This document shows positions 42,676 through 51,028 of a stretch of DNA of 64,000 bases, one piece after another. Origin of the DNA: an uncultured Actinomycetota bacterium. GTDB lineage: Bacteria; Actinomycetota; Actinomycetes; Mycobacteriales; CADCTP01. Location: positions 935,794 to 999,793 of the forward strand of contig CAVXZF010000007.1 of assembly GCA_963766325.1 (NCBI GenBank). Reading direction: 5' to 3'. The position numbers and the translations under genes were made by a program. Numbering within the stretch: position 1 is the stretch's first letter; the number at the start of each line of letters is the position of its first letter. Below the pieces are notes generated by a model. It did not search any database and was not told where the DNA came from. It saw nothing but the letters and a program-made list of their open reading frames with translations.

Positions 42676-44145
42676 TCAACCCAGCACGAGGACGAGGATC
42701 ACGACCAGCTCGATGACGGCGATCACCGAGACGATGGTCAGCGTGTAGCGGTAGGCCTGGAGCAGGAAGCGGTTGCCGACGTCCTCGTAGGACTCCCGGA
42801 GGAAGTCCCGCTCGAAGTCGGCGAGGTCCTTCCGCCGGACCGAGGGCGCCGTGGACAGCAGCTCCGACTTCAGCAGGAAGGCGCGTTGCCGGTTGTTGGC
42901 GACCCAGTCCAGAGCGGCGTTCTGCCACGGCTCGAGGTGGTCGTGGCGCCAGGCCCGGTTGCTGGCGCGGACCGCCGGGATCAGCCGGTCGTGCGCCAGC
43001 TCGTACCAGGTCGTCAGTCCCCGGGTGTCGCTGTTGACCAGGAACATCTCCCGCAGGCGGGTGAGGATCTCCCGCTCGTGGTCCCCGGTGACCGGCGGGA
43101 TGGTCGTCTGGCTGCGGAAGCCCTGGGCCGTGATCAGCTGGTGCTCGAACCAGTCGCGGATCAGCCGCTCGCTCGCGCCGAAGCTTCGGGCGAGCTCGCC
43201 GACGGAGTCCGAGTAGTAGCGGGTCAGGGCGCGCTCCACGTCCACGTGGCGCTCGACGTCCTCATCGTCGATGACGTGGAAGTCGCCCTTCGCCTTCCGG
43301 ACGTCCTTCCACAGCCGGCGGCACACCACCTGAAGCTGGAACGGCTCCACATAGGGCGCCAGCTTCGACTCCACCCCGTGCTCGGGCGCCTGCACCTTCG
43401 TCTGCGAGAGCTTTGTCACCAGCAGCTGGGCCGCCTCGTCGGTGACCGTGACCCCCTGCGCCGCCGCCGGCTTCCGGATCGCCGCGATCGCCTCCCGGTG
43501 GGTGAGGAAGTCCAGGCGGTAGCGCGAGCGGAGGTGACCGGGCACGAACCGCAGGCACCGGTCCATCCCACCGATGTAGTCCTCGCGCATCGCCAACAGG
43601 ACCCACAGCCCACGGTCGGCGATGGCTGCGCCCAGCTCCCGGAAGAACTGCTCCTTCGCGGCCCAGTCGGTCGGGTCGAGGGTGAGGATCTCCTCGACCT
43701 GGTCGAACACGACCAGCGGCAGCCGGCCCCGCTCGGCCGGCGGGAGCGCGCGGGCGAGGATCTCGCTGAGCGTGAGTTGACCGAGCTCGGGCGCGACCCC
43801 GTCCCCGTCGCCGAGCAGGTAGAGCGCCACGCTGAAGACGTAGCGGTTGTGCACCTTCCATGGGCGACCGTCGGCGTCGGTCGGCACCGGCTTGTCCACC
43901 CGCAGCGGTCCGACCGCGTGGAAGCCGTCGAGCAGCGGGAGGACCGCCGCCTGGATGATGGACGTCTTCCCGGCTCCGGAGGGAGCGTGCAGGAGCACGA
44001 CGCGCTCGGAGATGACGAGGTCGGCGAGCTCACGGGCCTCCCGCTCGCGGTTCGGCAGCCGCTGGTCGCGGCCGAAGGGGAACGGCCCGACGTACGGGTT
44101 CCGCGGCGGAGCCTTCCGGCCCGGTGCCGGCGCGCTGATCGTCAT
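42676..44145 (-). CDS. STAND-like P-loop NTPase with a C-terminal transmembrane anchor
   Basis: ATG at 44145 overlaps the upstream TGA (ATGA). NPYVGPFPFGRDQ...VVLLHAPSGAGKTS (Walker A), RLPLVVFDQVEE (Walker B, hhhhDQxEE). The last 23 aa, YTLTIVSVIAVIELVVILVLVLG, are hydrophobic. The track ORF to 44310 is an extension. Confidence 0.7.
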   Translation of the reverse strand: MTISAPAPGRKAPPRNPYVGPFPFGRDQRLPNREREARELADLVISERVVLLHAPSGAGKTSIIQAAVLPLLDGFHAVGPLRVDKPVPTDADGRPWKVHNRYVFSVALYLLGDGDGVAPELGQLTLSEILARALPPAERGRLPLVVFDQVEEILTLDPTDWAAKEQFFRELGAAIADRGLWVLLAMREDYIGGMDRCLRFVPGHLRSRYRLDFLTHREAIAAIRKPAAAQGVTVTDEAAQLLVTKLSQTKVQAPEHGVESKLAPYVEPFQLQVVCRRLWKDVRKAKGDFHVIDDEDVERHVDVERALTRYYSDSVGELARSFGASERLIRDWFEHQLITAQGFRSQTTIPPVTGDHEREILTRLREMFLVNSDTRGLTTWYELAHDRLIPAVRASNRAWRHDHLEPWQNAALDWVANNRQRAFLLKSELLSTAPSVRRKDLADFERDFLRESYEDVGNRFLLQAYRYTLTIVSVIAVIELVVILVLVLG

Positions 44146-46241
44146 GGCAGCCCGGTCCGGGTGCGGAGCTGATCCAGGAAGGAGCGGGTGTCGGACCAGA
44201 AGATGTTGACCCGGTCGGGGCCGAAGTAGGCCTCGAGGTAGCGCTGGGCCGCCTCCCGCTCGATCACCTGGCTCTGCAGCTTGAACTGGACGCCGACGTG
44301 GTCGTCCCAACGGTCCTTGAGGTTGAAACTCTTGATGCTCTGGAACACGACCCGGAAGTCCCAGTCCTCCAGGCGGTAGCCGAGGAAGAGCAGGGACGTC
44401 CCGGTGAGCGCCGCCTTCACGGCCGGCGGGACTATCTGCCGGATGTCCTTCTTCACGATCCAGGCGTCCAGCCAGTCGAAGTAGTCGTCCTCGGTCAGGA
44501 CCAGCGAGCGCGGTTCCGTGAGGCGCCCGAAGAGGTGGTACACCCAGGGCTCAGCCACGGACGGCGGATCGACGCTCGCCGGGTCCTCCCCGAGGAGGTC
44601 CCAGCCGATCCCGTCCGTCCACGGAAAGCAGATCGTTCGCGGCCTCTTCTCGGGCTGGACGTCCGCCATGGCGTCCTGCAGGAGGCCCGTAGTGCCGGTG
44701 GTCACGAAGATCTTGGCGGGCATGGACGCCACGACGCGGAACGGGTCGCCCTTGTCCGCGGCTCTGAGCCGCCGGCCGACCTCGAGGATCGCCTGCTCCG
44801 GCGTCCCGCGCTCGAGGATCTCGGGCGGAAGACCCCGGAACGGGTCGTCCCCCCGGGCATTGGTGACCCGCTCCTGCAACTCCGTGCGCAGGTATTTCTG
44901 GAGCTCTCCCGGCACCATCGCGCGGTTGTGGCTCACCCGAAGGTACTGGGCGACCTGGGCGAAGTTGTTCACCGCATGCGCGGCGATCGGCATTTGCCAT
45001 CGGCGCGCCCACCGGCGGGCCATCGATTCCCGCGAGCCCAGAATGCCGTCGGCCAGGCCCGGCCCGAGGACCGGAGTGAAGCTCCCGTTCTCGATCATCG
45101 TGTTGAGGATCTGCCAGGTCGCCTCGGCCCGGTCGGTGAATCCCGGCTCGTACCGCAACCGACCGGAGCGCAGCCGGGAGAACAGCACCGGCACCCACCA
45201 GTCGTCCCGGTCCCGGACGGCCTGGCGACCCACCGCCACCGCGGCGTCGACGACGGGATCCTCGGCCAGCGCCGCGAAGAAGGCCCGCGCGAAGTCGGAG
45301 GCGGTCCGCATGCTGACGTTGCCCTGCATCGCCACGACCGCCGCGACGCCGGACGCGGCCAGCCGCGGTCCGATCGCCGCGAGCGCGCCCCCGTCCTCGC
45401 TGTAGCGCTGATCGCCCACCCCGGCCGACTGGCAGGAGCTCAGCAGGACCACTGTGGGCCGGCGGGCGAGGTCACGCACCCGCTCCTCCATCCGCCGGGC
45501 GTCCACCGGGTCGGCGGTGCCGTCGGCCTTCTCGAGGAAGAGCAGCGGCACGTCGGACGTCTGCACGCCGTGCCCCACGACATAGAGGATGTCGAATCCC
45601 TCGTCCAGCTTCGCCAGCATGGCGGCGAGGGTTGCCTGCCCGCGGCCGGCGAGGACGACGGGACGGAAGGGCGCGAGCGCCTGCTGTGCCCGGTGGAGCT
45701 CGAGCGGGACGTCCACCGGCGCCAGCCGCGGACGTCCGGGCGTCTCGTACCCGTCCAGGTCGCTCGGGTCGGCGATCACCACGAGCGCCCGCAGCTCGCT
45801 GTCCGGCAGCTCGGACACCGGCCGCCAGTCGCCGCTGAGCAGATACCGGGAGAAGAGCACGTTCTGGCTGGTCGCGAGCGGCGAGCCGGTCCGAGGGTCC
45901 CGCATCGTCTCCCAGCGCACGGAGTGGAACCGCGCCGGTCCATCGACGTGCAGCCGGAAATGGAGCGGCACGTCGCGGGCCGCGGTGCCCACCCGGGTCA
46001 GGAACCGGCGCACTTCCTCGTCGGCGAAAAGCCACTCGGTGAGGCGCTCCCCGTACTCGGCCTCGTCGTTCGCCAGCTGGCCGAGCGCCGCCAGATCTAC
46101 TTGCACCGGCCGCTTGGGATGGGAACTGAAGTCCTCGAGGGCGTGGCCCAGCTGCCCCGTGAAACGGAGACTGACATCGAACGAATGCTGCACCGTGTCC
46201 CACACGAGGCCGAACTCGAAGTCGGCATAAGCGGCAGCCAC
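44142..46241 (-). CDS. CHAT-domain (caspase-like) protease fused to a C-terminal SIR2-like (SIR2_2-type) domain
   Basis: 699 aa. GTG start with a GGGGGA RBS. CHAT motifs: FDILYVVGHG (His224), PTVVLLSSCQSAG (Cys270), AAVVAMQGNVS. SIR2_2-like motifs: FTPVLGPGLADGILG, IFVTTGTTGLLQDAM, VYHLFGRL...LVLTEDDYFDW, SLLFLGYRLEDWDFRVV. Confidence 0.7.
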   Translation of the reverse strand: MAAAYADFEFGLVWDTVQHSFDVSLRFTGQLGHALEDFSSHPKRPVQVDLAALGQLANDEAEYGERLTEWLFADEEVRRFLTRVGTAARDVPLHFRLHVDGPARFHSVRWETMRDPRTGSPLATSQNVLFSRYLLSGDWRPVSELPDSELRALVVIADPSDLDGYETPGRPRLAPVDVPLELHRAQQALAPFRPVVLAGRGQATLAAMLAKLDEGFDILYVVGHGVQTSDVPLLFLEKADGTADPVDARRMEERVRDLARRPTVVLLSSCQSAGVGDQRYSEDGGALAAIGPRLAASGVAAVVAMQGNVSMRTASDFARAFFAALAEDPVVDAAVAVGRQAVRDRDDWWVPVLFSRLRSGRLRYEPGFTDRAEATWQILNTMIENGSFTPVLGPGLADGILGSRESMARRWARRWQMPIAAHAVNNFAQVAQYLRVSHNRAMVPGELQKYLRTELQERVTNARGDDPFRGLPPEILERGTPEQAILEVGRRLRAADKGDPFRVVASMPAKIFVTTGTTGLLQDAMADVQPEKRPRTICFPWTDGIGWDLLGEDPASVDPPSVAEPWVYHLFGRLTEPRSLVLTEDDYFDWLDAWIVKKDIRQIVPPAVKAALTGTSLLFLGYRLEDWDFRVVFQSIKSFNLKDRWDDHVGVQFKLQSQVIEREAAQRYLEAYFGPDRVNIFWSDTRSFLDQLRTRTGLP

Positions 46242-46371
46242 CGTGTCCCCCGGTCTGTGACGCCCGTCACTTTTCAGGGACGAGTGTCGAGCGGCCGGCC
46301 GGCATCGTCAAGCGCATTCAATTTCAGCGCCCCGCGAGAAACATGATTTGTGGCCAATTGTCATAGGCTCA

Positions 46372-47520
46372 CTAAAAGGCGCTGATCCCGGTGAGGGCGC
46401 GGCCGATGATCAGCTTCTGCACCTGGGTGGTGCCCTCGTAGAGGGTCATCACCCGGGCGTCGCGGAGATACTTGCCGACCGGGTACTCGTCGACGTAGCC
46501 GTACCCGCCGAAGACCTGCAGGCAGTTGTTGGCGGCGCGGACCGCGGCCTCGCTGGCGAAGAGCTTGGCCTTGCTCGCGGCGAGCGACACCTTCTCGCCC
46601 CGGTCGAGCAGGTCGGCGGCCAGCCAGGTCAGCATCCGGCCCGCGTCCACGTCCACCGCGGTGTCGGCCAGCAGCTCCTGCACCAGCTGGTGGGCCGCGA
46701 TCGGCTTGCCGAACTGGACCCGCTCCTTGGCGTACGCCGTCGCCGCGTCCAGGCAGCCCCGGGCGATGCCGACGCAGCCGGCGGCGATGCTCATCCGGCC
46801 CTTGTCCAGCGCGGCCATGGCCAGCCGGAAGCCCTGGCCCTCCTCGCCGAGCCGGTTGGCGTCCGGCACCCGCACCTCGTCCAGGTGCAGCGAGGCGGTG
46901 GCCTGGCCGCGCAGGCCGAGCTTGCCCTTGATCTCGCGGGCCTCGAAGCCGGCGCCGTCGGTGGGCACCAGGAAGGCGGTGATCCCCTTCGGCCCAGGCC
47001 CGCCGGTGCGGGCGAAGACCAGCGCCACCTGGGCCCAGGTGCCGTTGGTGATGAACACCTTCTCCCCGGTGAGGAGCCAGTCACCGCCGTCCTTCACCGC
47101 ACGGGCGGTGAGGTTGCCGGCGTCGCTGCCGGTACCCGGCTCGGTCAGCCCGAAGCAGGCCAGCGTGCTGCCGTCGACGATGCCGGGCAGCCACTGCTTG
47201 CGCTGCTCGTCGGAGCCGTACGCGGCGATGGTCTTGCCGACCAGGCCGAGGCTGACGCTGACGATCCCGCGGATCGCGGAGTCGCCGCGGCCCAGCTCCT
47301 CCATGACCAGGCAGTACGACCGGTGGTCGACCGGGGTGCCGCCGAACTCCTCGTCCAGCGTCAGGCCGAGGAAGCCCAGCTCGCCGAGGCGGGCCACGAT
47401 CTCGCGGTCCACCAGCTCGTCCCGGTCCCAGCGGGCCCGGTGCGGGACCACCTCGCGGTCGATGAAGTCGGCGGCGGTGGACCGGAGCAGCTCCTGCTCC
47501 TCGGTGAGGGCGAGCGTCAT
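46372..47520 (-). CDS. acyl-CoA dehydrogenase
   Basis: 382 aa, MTLALTEEQELLRSTAADF...GLTEPGTGSDAG...VFGGYGYVDEYPVGKYLRDARVMTLYEGTTQVQ. Confidence 0.93.
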   Translation of the reverse strand: MTLALTEEQELLRSTAADFIDREVVPHRARWDRDELVDREIVARLGELGFLGLTLDEEFGGTPVDHRSYCLVMEELGRGDSAIRGIVSVSLGLVGKTIAAYGSDEQRKQWLPGIVDGSTLACFGLTEPGTGSDAGNLTARAVKDGGDWLLTGEKVFITNGTWAQVALVFARTGGPGPKGITAFLVPTDGAGFEAREIKGKLGLRGQATASLHLDEVRVPDANRLGEEGQGFRLAMAALDKGRMSIAAGCVGIARGCLDAATAYAKERVQFGKPIAAHQLVQELLADTAVDVDAGRMLTWLAADLLDRGEKVSLAASKAKLFASEAAVRAANNCLQVFGGYGYVDEYPVGKYLRDARVMTLYEGTTQVQKLIIGRALTGISAF

Positions 47521-47660
47521 GCCCGGAGGCTAACCCCGCAGCTCGGGCAGCACCTTCTCGGCGTAGAAGTCGACGAAGCCGTCCTGCTCCGCCCGCCGCC
47601 GATCTAGAGGTTGGGGGGCGGACTGCGGCGTGTCGCCAGCCCGTTCCTCAAGATCGGCGG

Positions 47661-49217
47661 ATGTCCGGGGGCATCCGGGGCGGCGCCGGCGGGCGGGGGA
47701 TGGAGGCGCGGGTTAGGTTGGCGCGCGTGCTGCGGGCGCTGGTGGGGATGCAGCGGCGGGCGGTGGTGACGCCGCGGGCGGACCAGCCGTGGCGGGTGCC
47801 GGCGCCGGCCTCGGCGATCGTCGTGGGCGGCGGGATCGCCGGCGTCTCGGCCGCCGTGGTGCTGGCCGAGCGGGGCGTGCGGGTCACCCTGCTGGAGGCG
47901 GCCGACCACCTCGGCGGGCGGCTCGGCGCGTGGCCGCGCACGCTGGCGGACGGCTCGCGGCAGCTGGTCGAGCACGGCTTCCACGGCTTCTTCCGGCAGT
48001 ACTACACCTGGCGCGCGGTGCTGCGCCGGATCGACCCGGAGCTCGGCTTCCTGCGCCCGCTCGGCGGCTACCCTGTGATCTCCCGCCGGTGGCCGGCCGA
48101 GGACTTCGCCTCGCTGCCCGGGCTGCCGCCGGTCAACCTGCTCGCCCTGCTGGTGCGCTCACCCAGCCTGCGCCTGCGGGACCTGCGGCACGCCGACCGG
48201 GTGCTCGCCTCGGCGCTGCTCGAGTTCGACCGGGTACGGACGTACGCCGACTTCGACGGCATGACGGCCGCCGAGCTGCTGGACCGGCTGGCGCTGCCGG
48301 AGCGGGCCCGGGCGGTGCTCTTCGAGGTCTTCAGCCACTCCTTCTTCAACCGGGAGGAGGACTTCTCGGCGGCCGAGATGATCATGCTGTTCCACTACTA
48401 CTTCCTCGGCAACCCCGAGGGACTCGGCCTGGACGCCCCGGTCGACGACCACGACACCTGCATCTGGTCGCCGCTGCGGGCGCGGCTGGAGCGGCACGGG
48501 GCGGACGTACGGACCGGAGCGCCGGTCGACCGGGTCGAGCGGGACGGCGACGGGTGGTGGGCCGGCGGCGTCTGCGCGCCGCACCTGGTGCTCGCGCTCG
48601 ACCCGGCGGCGCTGCGCAAGCTGGTCGCGGGGTCGGCCGGGCTGCCGGCCGGGCTGGTCCCGCAGGTGGAGTCGCTGACGGTCAGCGCGCCGTACGCGGT
48701 CGCCCGCTACTGGACCGACCGCCCGGTGGGTGCCGACCGGCCGACCTTCTCCGGGGTGTCCCGGGAGGCCACCATGGACTCCATCACCGTCTACTCGCGA
48801 CTGGAGGACGGTGCCCGGCGATGGGCGGCGCGGTCCGGGGGCGAGGTGGTCGAGCTGCACGCGTACGCGGCCCCGGACGGCATCGGCGCGAACGAGGCGG
48901 CCGACCGGATGTGGGCCGAGCTGGGCGGGCTGTGGCCGGAGGTGCGCGACCTGCGGGTGCTGGATCGGGAGACCCGGGTGGGGCACGACGCGCCCGGCTT
49001 CCCGCCCGGCTCGGACGCGACCCGCCCCGGGGTGCGTACCGGCGACCCGACGCTGCTGCTGGCCGGCGACTGGGTCCGGCTCCCGTTCCCGTCCGCGCTC
49101 ATGGAGCGGGCCGCCGTCACCGGCGTCCTGGCCGCCAACGACGTCCTCGCCGCCGCCGGCGCCCGCGCCGAGCCCGTCACCACCACCCGCCCCACCGGCC
49201 TCCTCCACCGCGGGTAA
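47661..49217 (+). CDS. FAD-dependent oxidoreductase (amine oxidase/phytoene desaturase-like fold)
   Basis: SAIVVGGGIAGVSAAVVLAERGVRVTLLEAADHLGGR (dinucleotide-binding GxGxxG...E...GGR). The true start is probably an internal Met (47700 or 47748). Confidence 0.8.
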   Translation: MSGGIRGGAGGRGMEARVRLARVLRALVGMQRRAVVTPRADQPWRVPAPASAIVVGGGIAGVSAAVVLAERGVRVTLLEAADHLGGRLGAWPRTLADGSRQLVEHGFHGFFRQYYTWRAVLRRIDPELGFLRPLGGYPVISRRWPAEDFASLPGLPPVNLLALLVRSPSLRLRDLRHADRVLASALLEFDRVRTYADFDGMTAAELLDRLALPERARAVLFEVFSHSFFNREEDFSAAEMIMLFHYYFLGNPEGLGLDAPVDDHDTCIWSPLRARLERHGADVRTGAPVDRVERDGDGWWAGGVCAPHLVLALDPAALRKLVAGSAGLPAGLVPQVESLTVSAPYAVARYWTDRPVGADRPTFSGVSREATMDSITVYSRLEDGARRWAARSGGEVVELHAYAAPDGIGANEAADRMWAELGGLWPEVRDLRVLDRETRVGHDAPGFPPGSDATRPGVRTGDPTLLLAGDWVRLPFPSALMERAAVTGVLAANDVLAAAGARAEPVTTTRPTGLLHRG

Positions 49218-49226
49218 CAGCGGCGG

Positions 49227-49619
49227 TCACCAGTCGGCGAGCTCCAGGTCGGTGCACGGGAAGTCGTCGCCGACGCAGAGCAGCGGCTCGGCGGCGATCC
49301 GGGCGACCGCGTACGTCAGGCAGTCGCCGAAGTCGAGCGCCGCGCGGTGCCGACCCTTCCCGTACCGGGTGAAGGCGTCGACGGCCACCGTCCAGTGCCC
49401 GGGCCCGACCGCGATGACGTCGGCCGAGGTCTCCTGGACGAAGCGGGCGAGCAGGCTCTTGCCGGGGACGCCGAGCCGGGAGACCAGCACCATGCCGGTC
49501 TCGGCCAGCGTCGGACCGCCGACGGCGAGCCGCTCGGCGCCGGCCAGCGCGTTGACCAGGCGCTTGTGGTCCGGCTCCTGCAGCAGCACCGCGATGATCG
49601 CCGAGCTGTCAACGATCAC
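49227..49619 (-). CDS. vapC: type II toxin VapC (PIN-domain ribonuclease)
   Basis: 130 aa from the GTG at 49619: VIVDSSAIIAVLLQEPD...DFGDCLTYAVA...LCVGDDF (PIN acidic residues). 4-nt GTGA overlap with vapB. Confidence 0.85.
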   Translation of the reverse strand: MIVDSSAIIAVLLQEPDHKRLVNALAGAERLAVGGPTLAETGMVLVSRLGVPGKSLLARFVQETSADVIAVGPGHWTVAVDAFTRYGKGRHRAALDFGDCLTYAVARIAAEPLLCVGDDFPCTDLELADW

Positions 49620-49885
49620 AGCCCGTCCGGCCCGTAGCCGAGGACGTCCTCGCGCTCGGTCTTGGTGACCGCTCGGCGCCGCGCGGCCGCCGGCACCTGC
49701 GGCCACACCTCGTCGGTGAGGAAGGCGGTCAGCCGCTCGGCCCGCTGCCCCGCCGACCGGCGCAGCAGCCGCTCCCGACGCTCGGTCAGCGCCACTCGGA
49801 CCGCCCGCGTCTTGGTCTCGTGGGCGAGGGCGGCGACCTCGGCGGCGAGCCGCTCGGTCTCCGGGTCCTTGATGTTCAGCGCCAT
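49616..49885 (-). CDS. vapB: type II antitoxin VapB
   Basis: 89 aa, MALNIKDPETERLAAEVAALAHETKTRAVRVALTERRERL. Sits immediately upstream of, and overlaps, the PIN toxin gene. Confidence 0.8.
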   Translation of the reverse strand: MALNIKDPETERLAAEVAALAHETKTRAVRVALTERRERLLRRSAGQRAERLTAFLTDEVWPQVPAAARRRAVTKTEREDVLGYGPDGL

Positions 49886-49987
49886 GGTGTAACTCTACCC
49901 GCGAAGGTGGAAATATGCCGTGGAATGTTGCGGGTGCAAGTGCCGTTCGGTGGATGGTCTGATGGTGCGGGAGACGAGGAGACGGCG

Positions 49988-50986
49988 ATGCCTGCGGTGA
50001 CGGTGGATGACATCCTGACGCTGCCCCGGCTGCGCACGCCGGACCCGGCCGGGGACCGGCCGCGGCCGGTGGCGGCGGTGACCACCGCCCCGCGCGGCTT
50101 CGAGGGCGAGGGCTTCCCGGTGCGGCGCGCGTTCGCAGGGGTCGACCTTCGGACGCTCGACCCGTTCATCCACATGGACCAGATGGGCGAGGTCGAGTAC
50201 GCGCCCGGCGAGCCCAAGGGCACCCCCTGGCACCCGCACCGCGGCTTCGAGACCGTCACCTACATCATCGACGGCACCTTCCTGCACCAGGACTCGCACG
50301 GCGGCGGCGGGGTCATCACCAACGGCGACACCCAGTGGATGACCGCCGGCTCCGGCCTGCTGCACATCGAGACCCCGCCGGAGGAGCTGGTCGTCTCCGG
50401 CGGCCTCTTCCACGGCGTCCAGCTCTGGGTCAACCTGCCGGCCAAGGACAAGTGGGCGCCCCCGCGCTACCAGGACATCCGCGGCGGCAAGGTCGCGCTG
50501 CTGTCCTCGGCCGACGGCGGCGCGCTGCTGCGGCTCATCGCCGGCGAGCTGGACGGGCACGCCGGCCCGGGCGTGACGTACACGCCGATCACGCTGGCGC
50601 ACGCCACCGTCTCCCCCGGCGCCTCGGTCACGCTGCCGTGGCGGACCGACTTCAACGCGCTGGTGTACGTGCTGTCCGGCGAGGGCACCATCGGCGCCGA
50701 GCGACGCCCGGTCCGCTCCGGCCAGCTCGCCGTCCTCGGCGCCGGCAGCTCGATCACCGTGGCCGGCGACGGCCGCCAGGACAGCCGCACGCCGGCGCTC
50801 GATGTGCTGCTCCTCGGCGGCCGGCCGATCCGGGAGCCGGTGGCGATGTACGGCCCGTTCGTCATGAACACCCGCGACGAGGTGGTCCGCGCCTTCGAAG
50901 ACTTCCAGGCCGGCCGCCTCGGCACCGTCCCCGCCGACGCCCTGCGGCCCCACTCCGGCCTGCAGGCCGAGACCTCCGGCGACTGA
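49988..50986 (+). CDS. pirin-family protein (bicupin)
   Basis: Start at Met 49988 (MPAVTVDD...). RGFEGEGFPVRRAF...PHRGFETVTYIIDGTFLHQDSHG...QWMTAGSGLLHIE...GVQLWVNLP. Confidence 0.9.
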   Translation: MPAVTVDDILTLPRLRTPDPAGDRPRPVAAVTTAPRGFEGEGFPVRRAFAGVDLRTLDPFIHMDQMGEVEYAPGEPKGTPWHPHRGFETVTYIIDGTFLHQDSHGGGGVITNGDTQWMTAGSGLLHIETPPEELVVSGGLFHGVQLWVNLPAKDKWAPPRYQDIRGGKVALLSSADGGALLRLIAGELDGHAGPGVTYTPITLAHATVSPGASVTLPWRTDFNALVYVLSGEGTIGAERRPVRSGQLAVLGAGSSITVAGDGRQDSRTPALDVLLLGGRPIREPVAMYGPFVMNTRDEVVRAFEDFQAGRLGTVPADALRPHSGLQAETSGD

Positions 50987-51028
50987 CAGTGAGGATGTGT
51001 GAGGAGCCCCGCGGCTTAGGCTGCCGGC

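Noticed and set aside
41320-46346. 950-aa and 682-aa plus-strand ORFs antisense to the CHAT-SIR2 operon
   Set aside because: The products are low-complexity with no motifs. The opposite strand carries four motif-rich genes with coupled junctions.
47530-47605. Possible C-terminal gene remnant on the minus strand (...DRRRAEQDGFVDFYAEKVLPELRG*), ending 10 nt before the acyl-CoA dehydrogenase start
   Set aside because: The tail resembles the C-termini of some flavin- or F420-dependent oxidoreductases. But no ORF of 60 aa or more with a start codon ends here, the upstream part of the frame has no recognisable motif, and it overlaps the 5' region of the plus-strand FAD oxidoreductase. The evidence is too thin to call a pseudogene.
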